A stretch of DNA of 62,888 nt, counting the filler. It is 9 parts of 9 records of this genome, joined end to end, with 100 filler letters (N's around TTAATTAATTAA, not from the genome) between each part and the next. Parts side by side here need not be neighbours in the genome. Positions count along the whole stretch, not along the records: positions 10,116 to 13,787 come from SRR7504441_1395; positions 13,888 to 19,147 come from SRR7504441_1397; positions 19,248 to 26,324 come from SRR7504441_1398; 6 more parts are not named here. One strand, written 5' to 3'. The notes under the pieces are model-generated. The model was given only the letters and a program-made list of their open reading frames with translations, had not been told where the DNA came from and searched no databases. The position numbers and the translations under genes were made by a program. Below are positions 11,066 through 22,653 of the stretch, in pieces (positions within the stretch are counted from its first letter, which is position 1; every line of letters begins with the position of its first letter).

Positions 11066-11767
11066 ATGGAGTGGGCGCCGCAGTCATTGGGTGAGGCGCT
11101 GCTGCGCGACGAGTCTCCGTTCGAGGCGGCACTGCTCGCCTGGTTCGGGCCGGGCCAGGCTGGGCTGCTGGCCCGGGTCAATCGCTACTGCCGAGACGCG
11201 GTGAACCGGGCGATGCGGGCCGCCCTGGCCAGTGCGCTGGACAAGATCGAGTACTTCGAGCACGGCGAGGGCCCCTCCGGCAGCGCACTGTTCGGCCCGC
11301 CGGCCGAGCCTTCAGACGTCAAGCAGCTGGAGGAGGCGTGCGGCCAGCGGCTCCCGTCGCACCTCCGCTGGCTGCTGGAGCTTACGGGCGGGGCGACCGA
11401 GCACGACAGCTGCGGCTACTCGCTCAATCCGGCCAACACCTGGAGGCCACTGGCGGATTGGCGGGTGTTTCTGTCGTGTGAGGCGTTGGCCAACTCGCCG
11501 GGTCAGATGGATCAGTTCCTGGCCGAGATGATTCAAGACTTTGGGGCGGAGCACTTCCCATCGCCACCGCTGGTGATCATAGGCGAGGCCCCCGATGACT
11601 ACTGCCAGAGCCTGACGCTCAATCTGCGCGACGGGCTGCTCTATCACGCGGTTGGTAATGTTCCGAGCAATGAGAAGATTGGGACGACGTTGGACTATCT
11701 GTTGGGATATGGCAAGCTGCACGAGGGGGAGTATTGCACTTCAGTACCTAGGAAATCGTCTAACTGA
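11066..11767 (+). CDS. SMI1/KNR4 (SUKH) domain protein with possible F-box-like N-terminus
   Basis: PPAEPSDVKQLEEACGQRLPSHLRWLLELTGG matches the SMI1/KNR4 N-terminal motif. Confidence 0.7.
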   Translation: MEWAPQSLGEALLRDESPFEAALLAWFGPGQAGLLARVNRYCRDAVNRAMRAALASALDKIEYFEHGEGPSGSALFGPPAEPSDVKQLEEACGQRLPSHLRWLLELTGGATEHDSCGYSLNPANTWRPLADWRVFLSCEALANSPGQMDQFLAEMIQDFGAEHFPSPPLVIIGEAPDDYCQSLTLNLRDGLLYHAVGNVPSNEKIGTTLDYLLGYGKLHEGEYCTSVPRKSSN

Positions 11768-11972
11768 TTGACGCTGCCTCGGACCCAGTACTAGTTCTAG
11801 CTATGAAGCTTGTTTTATTCAATCAGAAGCGGCCAACAATGACAAACCTTATACTCGTAGGTACCTGAACTCGTACTCTCGTACCGTAATCATGTAAAAT
11901 CAGTACGTAACAAGTGGATTTGGGGCTTGCGGCAAAGTGTCTGTGCTCTTGAACACTGCCTTTTTATCTGAT

Positions 11973-13648
11973 CTAGAAGTTGGCGGCTCTGTCGAGCATT
12001 CGATCCTCCAGCTTGATATCCACGGGCTTCACTCGAGTCTTACTGGATTCCTCAACATCGGAGACAGTCTCCGGCAGCGGCTTTCCAAGAGTCTCAGGCA
12101 GCACCAGCAGGCTGGCCCCGGCCACGATCGACACCACGCCAAACACCACCAGCGGCACCCAGGCCGCTACCACATTCAGCCTGACCTGCAGCCGCCAGTC
12201 ATTCATGGCCAGCGCGCCGCTTACCACAGGCCTGGCAACAATCCCTCCAAGCCGCGCAGAGGTGGAGCACAACCCCATTGCAAGCGAGCGCACCCCAGTC
12301 GGGAAGAGCTCGGTGGCGTACACGAAAATCACGGCAAATGATGCCGAGATCCCAAACTTGCCAATCATTGCAGCAGCGGTGGTTGAGCCACCCTCCGGCA
12401 GCACGGCGCATGCAGCGCAGGTGCACCCCGCCAGAGCCATCGCGCCGGAGATTGTGCCGCGCCGGCCGATGGAGTCCGTTAGGTAGATGGCCAACGGAAG
12501 CGCCACTAGCTCGAGCACGCTCAGTATGCTGAAATTGAGGTACAAGTCGCCCCAAAGATTGCCGGCAGACAGGTTTAAGCCATAAAACACAAAACCTGGC
12601 CGCCGGTCAGCGCGGCGGGAGGGCCAAGCGTACTGTTTGAAAGCCACACAACCAGCATCACCAGCAGGCGGAGTCGCAGCACGCCCGAGCAAAGCTCGGC
12701 CAGCCCGGCTTGGGGGATTTGGTCGGGCGGCCGAAGGCTGAAGCCGTCTGGGAGGCTCTTGCCGTTGCCAGCCGCCAGCTGCTGGATCACCTCGTTGGCC
12801 GGGTCCAGCTTTCCTTGCGAGAGCAGCCAGCGTGGCGACTCGGATACCATAGTGAGCATCAGAAGATAGAGCAGCGGCGTAAGCCCAATCAGCCCGGTGA
12901 GCGTGCGCCAGTCGCGGCAGTAGAAGGCCAGCGGCACGAGCAAGACATTGGCCACAGCGAACACCCCGGCCTGCCCGACCCCGGTTGCAGCCTGCCAAGG
13001 CTGTCCGATGAACTCAGAGGCCAGCACGTAAGCCACAATGCTCATCCCGCCCACCCCGATCCCGACCCCGATCCGGCAGGCGGTGTATGTGCCCAGATCC
13101 GCGGCCACCGAGCACCCAAGGCAGCAAGCGGCGGTGATGACCGCCCCGAGCGCGACCGCCCCCTTCCTGCCCATCTTGCCCCCCAAGTATCCGATCAGCG
13201 CGGCCCCAATCGCAAACCCGGCAAAGTAAAGCGAGTCGACCGCGGAGGCCTTCCAGCCGTCCTCGCAGAACAGGCCAAAGGTGGCCCGGATGGAATGGGC
13301 AGGGTTGACGATTTCGAACTGGGCCTCCGAGCCGCACGGCACATTCCCGTGCTGCACCTCCCCGCCAGGGTGGCGCCACTGGACGTCGCTATTGATGAAC
13401 ACCTACCCAACGGCTTGGCCTACTCGCCCCGGGGGCAGGCGGACCATCCCAAGCGTGCAGAAGGCCGAGGGGATCCAGACCGAGGTCACCATCAAGTAGT
13501 GCAGCCGCTGGTATGGCCCGAAGTGCCCGACCACATCGAGCACCGCATCCACGTCAGACCGGGCCGGCACCACCGGCTCATACTCCCCCGGCTCGCCCGC
13601 CGGCGCGTCCGGCTCGTCCAGCAGCGGAGCCCGCCGGTCGGAAGCCAT
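11973..13648 (-). CDS. MFS transporter, SLC22/organic cation transporter family, multi-exon
   Basis: VGHFGPYQ, FGLFCED, GRK loop, ESPRWL, YATELFPTGVRS and LPETLGKPLPET, plus multiple TM helices. Confidence 0.92.
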
Positions 13649-13787
13649 GGATAACTGACTTTACTCTCATCAGTCATGATCAGCTGTCAGCATTAAATCG
13701 TCAGTATCAGGATCCGGAAACTGGCTGCTGGAATTCGAAGGTGGTGAACCGAAAAGTGTTTCAATGATTGCATGAATGAACCCTAGG

Positions 13788-13887
13788 NNNNNNNNNNNNN
13801 NNNNNNNNNNNNNNNNNNNNNNNNNNNNNNNTTAATTAATTAANNNNNNNNNNNNNNNNNNNNNNNNNNNNNNNNNNNNNNNNNNNN
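13788..13887. other. Artificial contig linker
   Basis: Same linker pattern. Confidence 0.99.
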
Positions 13888-14060
13888 CCTCCACCGAGAT
13901 CTCGTACTGGGTGGTTGTCATACCTGCAGCACACCCAGCGCCCAGGGGAACATCCACGACACTGATGAGTGCCTTCCGCGTTAGCGCTCCGGAATCAGCG
14001 TTGCTCGCTCTCAGCTTCCGTTGCCACAGCCCAATCGCCGCGCGCCGCCGCGGGAGTGTG

Positions 14061-14990
14061 ATGGGCCGTGCCTCCCGGAGCAAGGGCGGGGCCAAGCAGC
14101 GGCAGCAGGGCAAGAGCAGCGGCAAGCTGGGCAAGATCCAGCAGCAGCTCGATCTGGCCGCCGACTGCACCGCCCGGTGCGATTTGGAGCAGGCGCTAGC
14201 GCACTACGAGCAAGCGCTGGTGCTGGACCCGACCCACAGCCCGGCGCTGGACGCGGCCGGGGAGGTGCTGCTCGAGCTCGGCCAGACCGACCAAGCCCGC
14301 CAAGTGCTCGCCCGCAGCGTCCAGATCAACCCGACTGGCAACTTCGCGAGCTACATGTACCTCGGGCAGCTCTCGGAAGGAGTCGAGGCGCTCACCTGCT
14401 ACGACCGCGGGATCGGGCTGCTCACGGCGGACCTGGAGGCCTGTGCCGACCCGTCCGAGGCCGCGGTGCTCCGGTCCAAGCTGTGCGAGTCGCTCAGCAG
14501 TAAAGCCGAGCTGTACATGACAGACCTGTGCGATCAGCCGGAGGCGCAGGCCGAGTGCGAGGGGGCGATTAGACTGGCGCTGGAGCACGGGCCGTCCAAC
14601 GTGGATGCGTTGCTGACGGCGGCCAGCCTGTGTGTGTGCAAGCAGCTGAGGGATGAAGGGCTGCAGTACCTAGACACTGCGGCTGAAGTGCTCGGCTCAA
14701 TGGAGGACGACGCGCGGCCGCCGCCGCAGGTGTGCCTGCAGGCGGCCAAGTTGTATGTGGAGCTGGGGGAGCATGAGAAGGCGATAGAGCAGCTGGAGGA
14801 GGTTTTGGTCGACGACGATCAATTGAGTGAAGCTCACTTTATGCTGGCTGTAGAGCTCCAGCATGTAGGCGAGCTAGACGCGGCGCGGCAGGCGGTTACC
14901 AATGCACATAAGCTCCACTTGAAAGAGCCCGAACCGTGCCCCATCATTATGCAGAAAATCTTAGACCTCGCGGGACAGCTTCAAGAATGA
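14061..14990 (+). CDS. ACL4: TPR protein, assembly chaperone of Rpl4 (Acl4-like)
   Basis: TPR repeats with YMYLGQLS and the family-typical AELYMTDLCD...ECE; basic N-terminus. Confidence 0.8.
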   Translation: MGRASRSKGGAKQRQQGKSSGKLGKIQQQLDLAADCTARCDLEQALAHYEQALVLDPTHSPALDAAGEVLLELGQTDQARQVLARSVQINPTGNFASYMYLGQLSEGVEALTCYDRGIGLLTADLEACADPSEAAVLRSKLCESLSSKAELYMTDLCDQPEAQAECEGAIRLALEHGPSNVDALLTAASLCVCKQLRDEGLQYLDTAAEVLGSMEDDARPPPQVCLQAAKLYVELGEHEKAIEQLEEVLVDDDQLSEAHFMLAVELQHVGELDAARQAVTNAHKLHLKEPEPCPIIMQKILDLAGQLQE

Positions 14991-15046
14991 TGATTGCAAA
15001 GCAGTGCAAAGTTAAATTAAAACGTACATAAATAAAATTAATCAAA

Positions 15047-15763
15047 CTATTCGCTGAAGAATCTGAGCATCAAATCTTCGGCGTTCCCAAAAGCTTCGCA
15101 AGCTTCTTCGGCGGCTTCCCGGACTGCTGTATCCCAGACCGTTCCATCGCACTGATCGGCGTGGCCTTGGAATGTGCTCCATCCCGATTGCTCCCGGCCC
15201 AGCAGCACCATCGGCTCGCCAGTCTCCGCGGCCACACAGCAAGGCATCAGCCCGGCCGGGATTCCGGCTTTCCGGGGCCGGGGCCGCGGGGGTGGTTCGA
15301 AACAGGCTGTGTCGCAGAAATGGTGAAACGCGCGATGATCGGCCGGATAGCACGGCTGCCTGGCCCAGCTACAGGCCCACCGCTCATTGAACCAGCTCCG
15401 ACACACCTCGCCTGAGCCAAACTCCGGCAGCGAGAGCCTCTGATCCCTGGGCAACCTCCGGCCGGTCTGGAGCGCCGCCATCCCGTCCCTGAAACTGCGG
15501 GCATTCACCCACATGAGAGCCCTCATCTCCTGCTCACACGGCATCAGCGCCCTGCCCAGCCCCACGGAGATCCCACGGCTGTCTGTGCTGCTGTTGACCC
15601 GATGCGCCTCGACGATCTGGTGCCGGGCCTCGGCGGACAGCGCCCCAAAGTGGCACACAAAGCAGCCATCCCAGAGCTCGAGCCAGCAGCCCGCCGAGCA
15701 GCTGGCAGCCTGGAGCGCCTCGGTGGAGCCCACGCACTCGGCGACTAGGCACGGCGGCTCCAT
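15047..15763 (-). CDS. Protein with C-terminal Nudix-like domain
   Basis: AGLMP...VLLGRE..WSTFQG......DTAVREAAEEA resembles a Nudix box. The domain ends soon after the box. Confidence 0.6.
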   Translation of the reverse strand: MEPPCLVAECVGSTEALQAASCSAGCWLELWDGCFVCHFGALSAEARHQIVEAHRVNSSTDSRGISVGLGRALMPCEQEMRALMWVNARSFRDGMAALQTGRRLPRDQRLSLPEFGSGEVCRSWFNERWACSWARQPCYPADHRAFHHFCDTACFEPPPRPRPRKAGIPAGLMPCCVAAETGEPMVLLGREQSGWSTFQGHADQCDGTVWDTAVREAAEEACEAFGNAEDLMLRFFSE

Positions 15764-15929
15764 GACTGCCCGCTGTGCAGGCCGCGAACCGGCCGCTGAA
15801 CTGAAAAAAATCAGCGTCGAGTCTCGCGGTCGAGAGCGCTCCAGCGGGTGCAGACCTGTGTGGGCAGAGACAATCGCAGTGCGGCGGCGAGTGAGCAGCC
15901 GCAGCTGCCGAGCAGTGCGGGAGGCGGGC

Positions 15930-16862
15930 ATGCCGAAGAGCACCTGGCAGGAATCCTTCCGCAAACTGCACCCCAACTCCAAGATGGTGTCCCCTCCCTT
16001 GGCTCCCCCTGAGACGAAGCGGGGGCAGGTCCTCATGGCCAGCCTGTGGAACGAGTGCTCTGTGGAGGAGCGCAGGCTGACCATGGGCCGGCTGGGCCAG
16101 CTTCTCAGGGTGACCCCCCCTCCCCGGCCTGCCTCTGACCCCCCGCGCCCAGGATGCTGTGGCGGCCGGTGGCCCTGACGACGCTCAGCAGCTCGCCGAT
16201 GCGCTCGAATTGGCCGGCGGGTGCCGAGCGGCGGGCGCGGGGTTGGGAGCTGGGGGCGGCAGGTCTCTGTTGCAGCCGCTGGACTTGAACGCCTACCCTC
16301 CCGGTGCGGCCGCCTCCGAGCAGCGAGCTGATCCAGGGGGCGGGCAGTGGGCAAGAAGCTGGTCAAATTCCGGGAGGTTTGGACGGAGCAATTCGCCCGG
16401 CTGGACGAGATGGGTAAGGTGCGTGCAGACACCCCCCCCCCCCCATCCCGGGCGTGTCGACATGGCGTATGAAACGATTAGACTCGGTGACCGTTCAAGG
16501 CACACCCGGGTCTCTTGTCGAGGTTCAGCCATTGGCTTGACTTAGTCTAGCGCTTGGCTGCGCTCCCGTGTTGGGGCTCTGGGGCTGGTCGGGCACCGTG
16601 TAGCGCGTGCGGTGGTAGTTGACTTGGTTCGCAGGTGGACAAGTTTGAAGCTATGTGGGAGCTGTGTGAGGCGGCTGAGAAGAATCTATGCCTGGCTGGC
16701 TTTGTTAACATCGGTAAGAACATGCCTCGTGTGGCGAGTATCCAACTGTGGGGCCAGGTAAGAGCAATAACGCCAGTCAAGGCAATCACCTCGGTAACCG
16801 GCAATCTAATGGTACCGGATGAGCTTCAACGTTTCGACGGACTCGTACGAGTGCGGGCATAG
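15930..16862 (+). CDS. Hypothetical multi-exon protein
   Basis: A chain of about 42-nt GT-AG introns joins open exons from MPKSTWQESF to the final exon at 16635-16862. No family recognised; middle exons uncertain. Confidence 0.5.
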
Positions 16863-17164
16863 CGCGGGCATTAATTGGGCTTACTGTGCACCAGTAGTAA
16901 TAAAGGCGTTTGACTACCACTTGCAATTAATATCGACATAGAGGATGTGGATAACTTTTACTTGTAAAACAATCAGCTAATAATAGTCGAAGAGTCCCAA
17001 ACAATATTAACGTATAATTATGGTCCCAAAACTATTCACGGCTCCGCTCAGGAAAGTGAGACAAATCGTGGTTCGGAAAGTGACAAATTACCTGCTGAAG
17101 TAGACTGAAGTTCTATGTACTGAAAACTGAAAGAAAGGAGAGCACCCAGCGGCGGCATCCAGAT

Positions 17165-18920
17165 CTAGAGATCCTTGTCCTGCCAAGGCGAATCGGTTCC
17201 AAAGGTAAACCCAAGGGTTTGCTCCAGCTCGCCCTCCTGTCGCCGCACCGTGAGTGGCTTGCGCGGCAGGCAGGCCGAACCTTCCAACGCCCAACCAACA
17301 CATCTCTCGACTCGAGGGTCAGCTTGCCTTCGCCATGCTTCCGCCCGCATGCCCACTCTCCCTCATAGAAAGAGCCGTCTGCGTGCACCAGAACTCCATA
17401 GCCATGCCTCATGTCCTCTTGCCACTCTCCTTCATACTTGTTATTGTTGTGGTATTTGAGTGTGCCCCGGCCGTGAGCCTTGTCGTCCAGCCATTCACCC
17501 TCAAAGGTATCGCCGTTGTAATAAAACAGCTGGCCATAACTGCACCGCACGCCTCATACAAGCCCCGGACCTAGCCCGCACCCATGTTTCTTCGCCTCTG
17601 CCCATTCCCCGGTGTAACGATCCCCTCGAAGGTAGGTCAGGGTCCCTCGGCCTGCAGAGCCCTCCATCAGCACTGCAGGCTACATAGTCGTCAAGCACCG
17701 TGCGCCCTGTCCGCCCTCCACTCTCCTTCGTATCTCTCGCCGTTCACGTATGTCATGGTACCTGAAACCAGCAGCTGTCACGCCCCGCCCCCAGTCGGAA
17801 CTAACTACTAAAATGCGGCTATGCAACAACTGATCGCCGGCAGTTCAACTTTAGCTCGCGATTGTCACCTTTTCCCTGCTTGACGTCGCATTCCCACTGG
17901 CCGTCATAGTGGTTGCCGTTGTGGAACGAATATACGCCTTGGCCGTGCATCTGTAAAAAAATCAGCCCCTGAGCCGCTGGGCAGCCGCCTGCCCGTCGCT
18001 CCACTGGCCAGTGTACTGGCCACCATCGCCGTAGTAGTAAGTGCCGTTGCCCTCCATTTTGCCTGCGCACAGCGGCACGGTCATCGACAGCCCGCTCGCC
18101 CCGACTGGCTGTGCGTTCTAGCCAGTAAGCAGTGGCGACTACGGCCCGGGTGTGCACACACCTGCCACCCACTGTCCCTCGTACTTGTCTCCTTGGGCGC
18201 CATTCTCGCCGACGTACGTCACGGTGCCATGGCCTGCCCCTCACACTCGGCCCCCGCCCTCGCCGACAGGACTGCACCATGCCGTTGATCGTCCTGCCAT
18301 TCGCCATTGTACTGATCGCCATCAGCGTACGTGTAGACACCTGCCACGCTCGAATCACGCTGGCCGCACCCTGCCGGCCCACCGGAGCCGTGCATCTTTC
18401 CGTTGACCCAGTCGCCGTCGTAACGATCGCCGTCCGCGTACACCTGCGGCCAGCTCGAGGCCTGGGCTGCCGCCGGGGCGCACCAGGGTGCCGCGTCCCG
18501 AGATCACATCGTTCTCCCAAGACCCATCGTACCTGAGCATACCCGCGTCATGGCCAGGGCACCCAGCGCCTGCACCGGTTGCCGTTGGCGTAGGACAGGA
18601 CGCCCTTGCCGTGGATCTGCACCCGGGGCTCGATTTCCAACCCAGGGCCCCACTCACTTTATCCTCATGCCACTGCCCTTCGTAGACGCCCCCGTTGACG
18701 TAGGTGTAGCTGCCGAAGCCGTGCCGCTTCCCATACATCCATGTGCCCTGCCGCCGGCCGTAAGCCGCCGTTCGCCGCAGGGCGACGACGCACGTCGAAC
18801 CCCTCGCCGTTGGCGTATTGGATCTTGCCCTTGCCGTGCAGCTGGCCATTCTCGATCTCGCCTGTTCCGGGGCTGGTCCACAGCCCCTACCCGCCCCCGC
18901 CGGCCACCTTCGTACATCAT
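17165..18920 (-). CDS. MORN1: MORN1-type all-MORN-repeat cytoskeletal protein, intron-rich
   Basis: Spliced tandem YEGEW...HG.G repeats from MMYEGEIENGQLHGKG to FGTDSPWQDKDL. The layout and C-terminus match apicomplexan MORN1 as I recall it. Confidence 0.85.
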
Positions 18921-19147
18921 GATGGCCGGTGCTCTGCTCTGCGAGACGAGACGGCCTGCCTATGCTGGGTGCTGACGACGAATCGCACTTGCGCAACGGT
19001 CCGGTGATCTTCGCGTCTTCGCTGAAAAAGTCAGTAATGGCACTGGCCCGAGGCGGGGTTACGGGGTAGTGGTGTGTGCGACGACAGCACCGGGTTTGGT
19101 GTCGCTGCGCTCAGCTGGTCGTGCCTGATCAGCCTGGCCTGCGTTTG

Positions 19148-19247
19148 NNNNNNNNNNNNNNNNNNNNNNNNNNNNNNNNNNNNNNNNNNNNTTAATTAAT
19201 TAANNNNNNNNNNNNNNNNNNNNNNNNNNNNNNNNNNNNNNNNNNNN
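19148..19247. other. Artificial contig linker
   Basis: Same linker pattern. Confidence 0.99.
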
Positions 19248-21775
19248 CCTGGGAGCTATGTCACCTGAAGAGAGGGCTGCAGCGCTGGGGGGGATGACAG
19301 CAGAGGAGCAGGCAGCTGCATTGCAAGCAATGTCGCCTGAGGAGAGGGCAGCAGCTCTGGGTGCCATGTCGCCTGAAGAGAGGGCTGCAGTTGAGGGCGT
19401 TGGTGGTGCTGACATCGGCACGAGCACTTGTGAGCCGCCAGAGGCTCCGGATGGTGAGCAAGACGGGTCGGGCAAGAAAGCGGTGAGCGGGCTCCGGCTG
19501 CACAAGATGCTGCTTGAGGCCGAGAATTCCGTCCTGGTGGGTGAAGCGGAGGCGACAGGTGTTGATGCTGGCAAAGCTGGAGGAGATAGTGTGGATGAGC
19601 GATCTGGTCTGCCTTGTACTGAAGACCAGGTGATAGAGAATGACGACCAAGCCAGCGCAGAGAATGAGCCATCTGTTGAGGCATTGGAATCGCTGGTTGG
19701 GGATGCGCCGAGTTCGGCTGGCACTGATAAGGGTGTAGAGGCTGATGTAAAGGAAGGAGACGCGGGTGACGAGGTTCAGAGTGATATTATGGCCGAGTTT
19801 GACAAAATGCAAAACGAGCTTGATATCAGGGCTGAGCGTGAGCTAGCTGCCCAGAACAAGGGATCCGCTGATCCTGCTGAGCCACTAGAAGCTACGACTG
19901 ATGCAGCCCTTGATGATAAAACAGGCTCAGATTCGATCGTGGCTGGCCAGGAACTCGTTGACGAAACCCAAGAGAAGGATGCTCTGGTGGCGGATCCGAC
20001 GCTGATCGGGCAGGCTGGAGGCGCTGCTGACTATTCGGAGCCTGAGGCAGGAGAGCAGGCTCCGATGCCAATTGTAGAAGATGATGTTGTGCCAGAGGAA
20101 GAGCAAGAGGAAGGGGCTGATTCAGCTCTAGCAAAGCAAGTAGTCGATGATGAGGAGCAACTGGACGAGAGTGGTATCGATCCAATGCAAGATGGAGAGA
20201 TCGGGTTGGAAGGGGATGACGACGACGATGCAGACCTGGACGTAGAATCTCAAGACCCGGCCGAGCTCTTGGCCACAGTGCTCGAAATGGCCAAGCGGGA
20301 CAGGCAAAGGAGAGTCGAACTCGAGGCCATGATTGAACAAGCCCAGAAGACCTGCGCTCAATATGACCGCAAGCTCGAGTTCTTGGAGTCTCAGATCCAA
20401 ATTCAAGATATGGCATCCCAGAAACATGGTGCTGCTGCAAGCAACCTTCAGGCTGCGCTGCATCGCCATAAGCTCCAGCAAGAGCCTCCACCGCGGAGAG
20501 CAGAAAAGAAGCCGACTAACACCGACCCAGACATAGCCGCAAAGCAGGCCTCAATGGAAAAGTGGCTTGAGCACATGTCTTGGGAGCTGAACAATGCCCG
20601 CACAGAGCTCAATTCTTACCAAGATGCTCGGGTGCCACTTGTGCTGTACTGCTGGGACGATTTGCTCGGAGCGACAGATGGGTTCAGCCAGGACCACGTG
20701 ATTGGGTTTAGTGACTTTGGGACAAGTTATCACGCCTCAATCGGGGGCATGGAGCTGTCGCTCTGCCTGCTTAGTCCACCACCCGGAGAAGCTTGCAATC
20801 TGCCTTTCGTGATGCAACAGCTCTCACTGTGGTCGCACCCAACCTTGGCACCCATCCTTGGCTTTGGTGCCAGGGATGACCAGATTGTTGTCGCGTGCGA
20901 GTGCATGCCCGCTGGTTCCCTATCCAGCGCACTCAACAGCGAGGAAGGGCTCCCATGGCAGGAGCGGTTGGCAATAGCGATTGCTGTCGCAGAGGGCCTA
21001 GTGTACATACACTCTCACTCTATAGAAGGCCGCGCGGCGTTCCACGGAGATCTCAACTCGTCGACTGTGATGCTCAGTGCATCCACAGGCGGGTTTGTTC
21101 TGGACCAGCACTTTCTGCACATGATTTATGGCGATTCATACCAGGAGGTACAGTATTCCGGCGCGCTCCGGAGCTACCGGGATAACAAGACAATCAAGGC
21201 CAAGCGGGCCGATTCCCGGTGCGCACCTTTGTTCATTCAGCTGACTGCTGTGGTGGTGCAGGTGCGATGTGTATAGCTTTGGCGCGCTGCTGCTCGAGGT
21301 GAGCTCTGCGCTGCTCGGTGTGTGACTCTTGGTGTGTGCAGCTGCTGCTGGGCCGAGTGCCAGCCAGAGAGCTCTACCAGCTGGCCTCCAGATTGAGCCC
21401 GCCCGAACTGGTTGCTAATAATAGATTTGCTCGCTGACTTGCTGACCTGCTCCGTATTCAGCTGATGGAAGCAGTGGATCCGACGGCGGGTGAGTGGCCC
21501 GAAGAAGTCGCGTCCAAGCTACGGGCCGTGGCGGCAGCATGCCTGCAGACAGCACGAGAGGTATCCAGGGATAGTGCTGCAGGCTGAGGTGCGGTGTGCA
21601 GGCTTGCCCGACGATGGTCTCAGTGTACCTGAGGCTCAATCGCATCTCCCAGCAGACGGATAGTGCACTCAAGGCACAAGAAGAGCTGCAAGAAGGGTTG
21701 AAGGAAGAGCTTGCTGAGCCAGCGAGCAATCCAACATCAATCTTGCCATTGTTTGTCAACCCTAGCGATGATTGA
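19248..21775 (+). CDS. Large acidic/coiled-coil protein with a C-terminal Pelle/IRAK/RLK-type pseudokinase domain; 5' truncated
   Basis: YCWDDLLGATDGFSQDHVIG, HPTLAPILG, MPAGSL, LPWQERLAIAIAVAEGLVYIH, HGDLNS, spliced DVYSFGALLLE and PTMVSV. It has no VAIK lysine or DFG. Confidence 0.8.
19258..19392 (+). repeat. Coding tandem repeat of about 36 bp (MSPEERAAALxx, four copies visible)
   Basis: ATGTC(A/G)CCTGA(A/G)GAGAGGGC units. The array starts at the contig edge and is probably longer. Confidence 0.85.
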
Positions 21776-22026
21776 GCCTAGCTTAAGCCAGATTGTTATA
21801 GAATAAAGCTTGCACAGCAGCTGCTACAATGTACGTACGTCCTCGTAACGCGCACGAAGAGGATTACCGACAGTTACAGTACTCGTACTTACTCGTACGT
21901 ACTGTACTGTACTGTACGGTACTGACATGTATTGTCATACTAAAAAAAGGCGTAAAAAGGCGTAACTCGACCGCAAAAACTAAAGTAGGCAAGCAGCTAT
22001 AGATCTCGCGTAAGAGAGCCTCGCGC

Positions 22027-22586
22027 TCATTCTGCCACCGGCTCTGCTGCCGCAGCTGGCTCTTCTCCCCCAGCAGCCGGCTCCACTGCCGCCTCCTCCT
22101 CTACCGCGGCCACCTCCTCCACCGCGGCCTCCTCCGATGCAGGCGCGGCCTCCTCCACTACGGGTGCGGCCTCCTCGGCCACCTCCTCTGGCGCCTCGCC
22201 GGCAGCTTCCACCGGCTCCTCCGCTGCCGCCACCGGCGCTGCTCCCACCGCGTCGCCGGACATTCCCTGCCAGCGATCGGCCTGGGACGCCGGGCGGGCG
22301 CACCCCGGCGGCCTGCTGCCACTTGTCGAAGCCGGCCATGAACTCGTCCTTGTCTATGAACCCGTCGTTGTTGGTGTCCATGTCCATGAAGAAATCAAAG
22401 ATCTGCCCCGCGTCGGGCCAGGCCGCCAGGCCGGGCACCTTGTCGTCTGTAAACCCGTAGTCGCCCAGCTTGCCGGACACGCACAGCGGCGTGAGCTTGC
22501 CATCCTGCCGCCCCCGCTGGCCGGGCCGTCGGTCGGCCAGGTGCCTTGTTCAGGTCCAGCTGCTCGAACACCGCCTCGGGGTCCAT
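22027..22586 (-). CDS. EF-hand pair protein with Glu/Ala-rich tail
   Basis: Loop DLNK-DGKL is restored by GC-AG intron 22505-22544; second loop DTNNDGFIDKDE. Confidence 0.85.
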
Positions 22587-22653
22587 CGCCGCTGCAGCGC
22601 TCACTGAGCCAAACCTGGCGGGCCCAACGGCTTTTTGGATGCTTGTGTGAGCG

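Noticed and set aside
13888-13921. Start of a minus-strand gene (MTTTQYEISVE) divergent from ACL4
   Set aside because: Only 11 codons before the linker, too short to assign.
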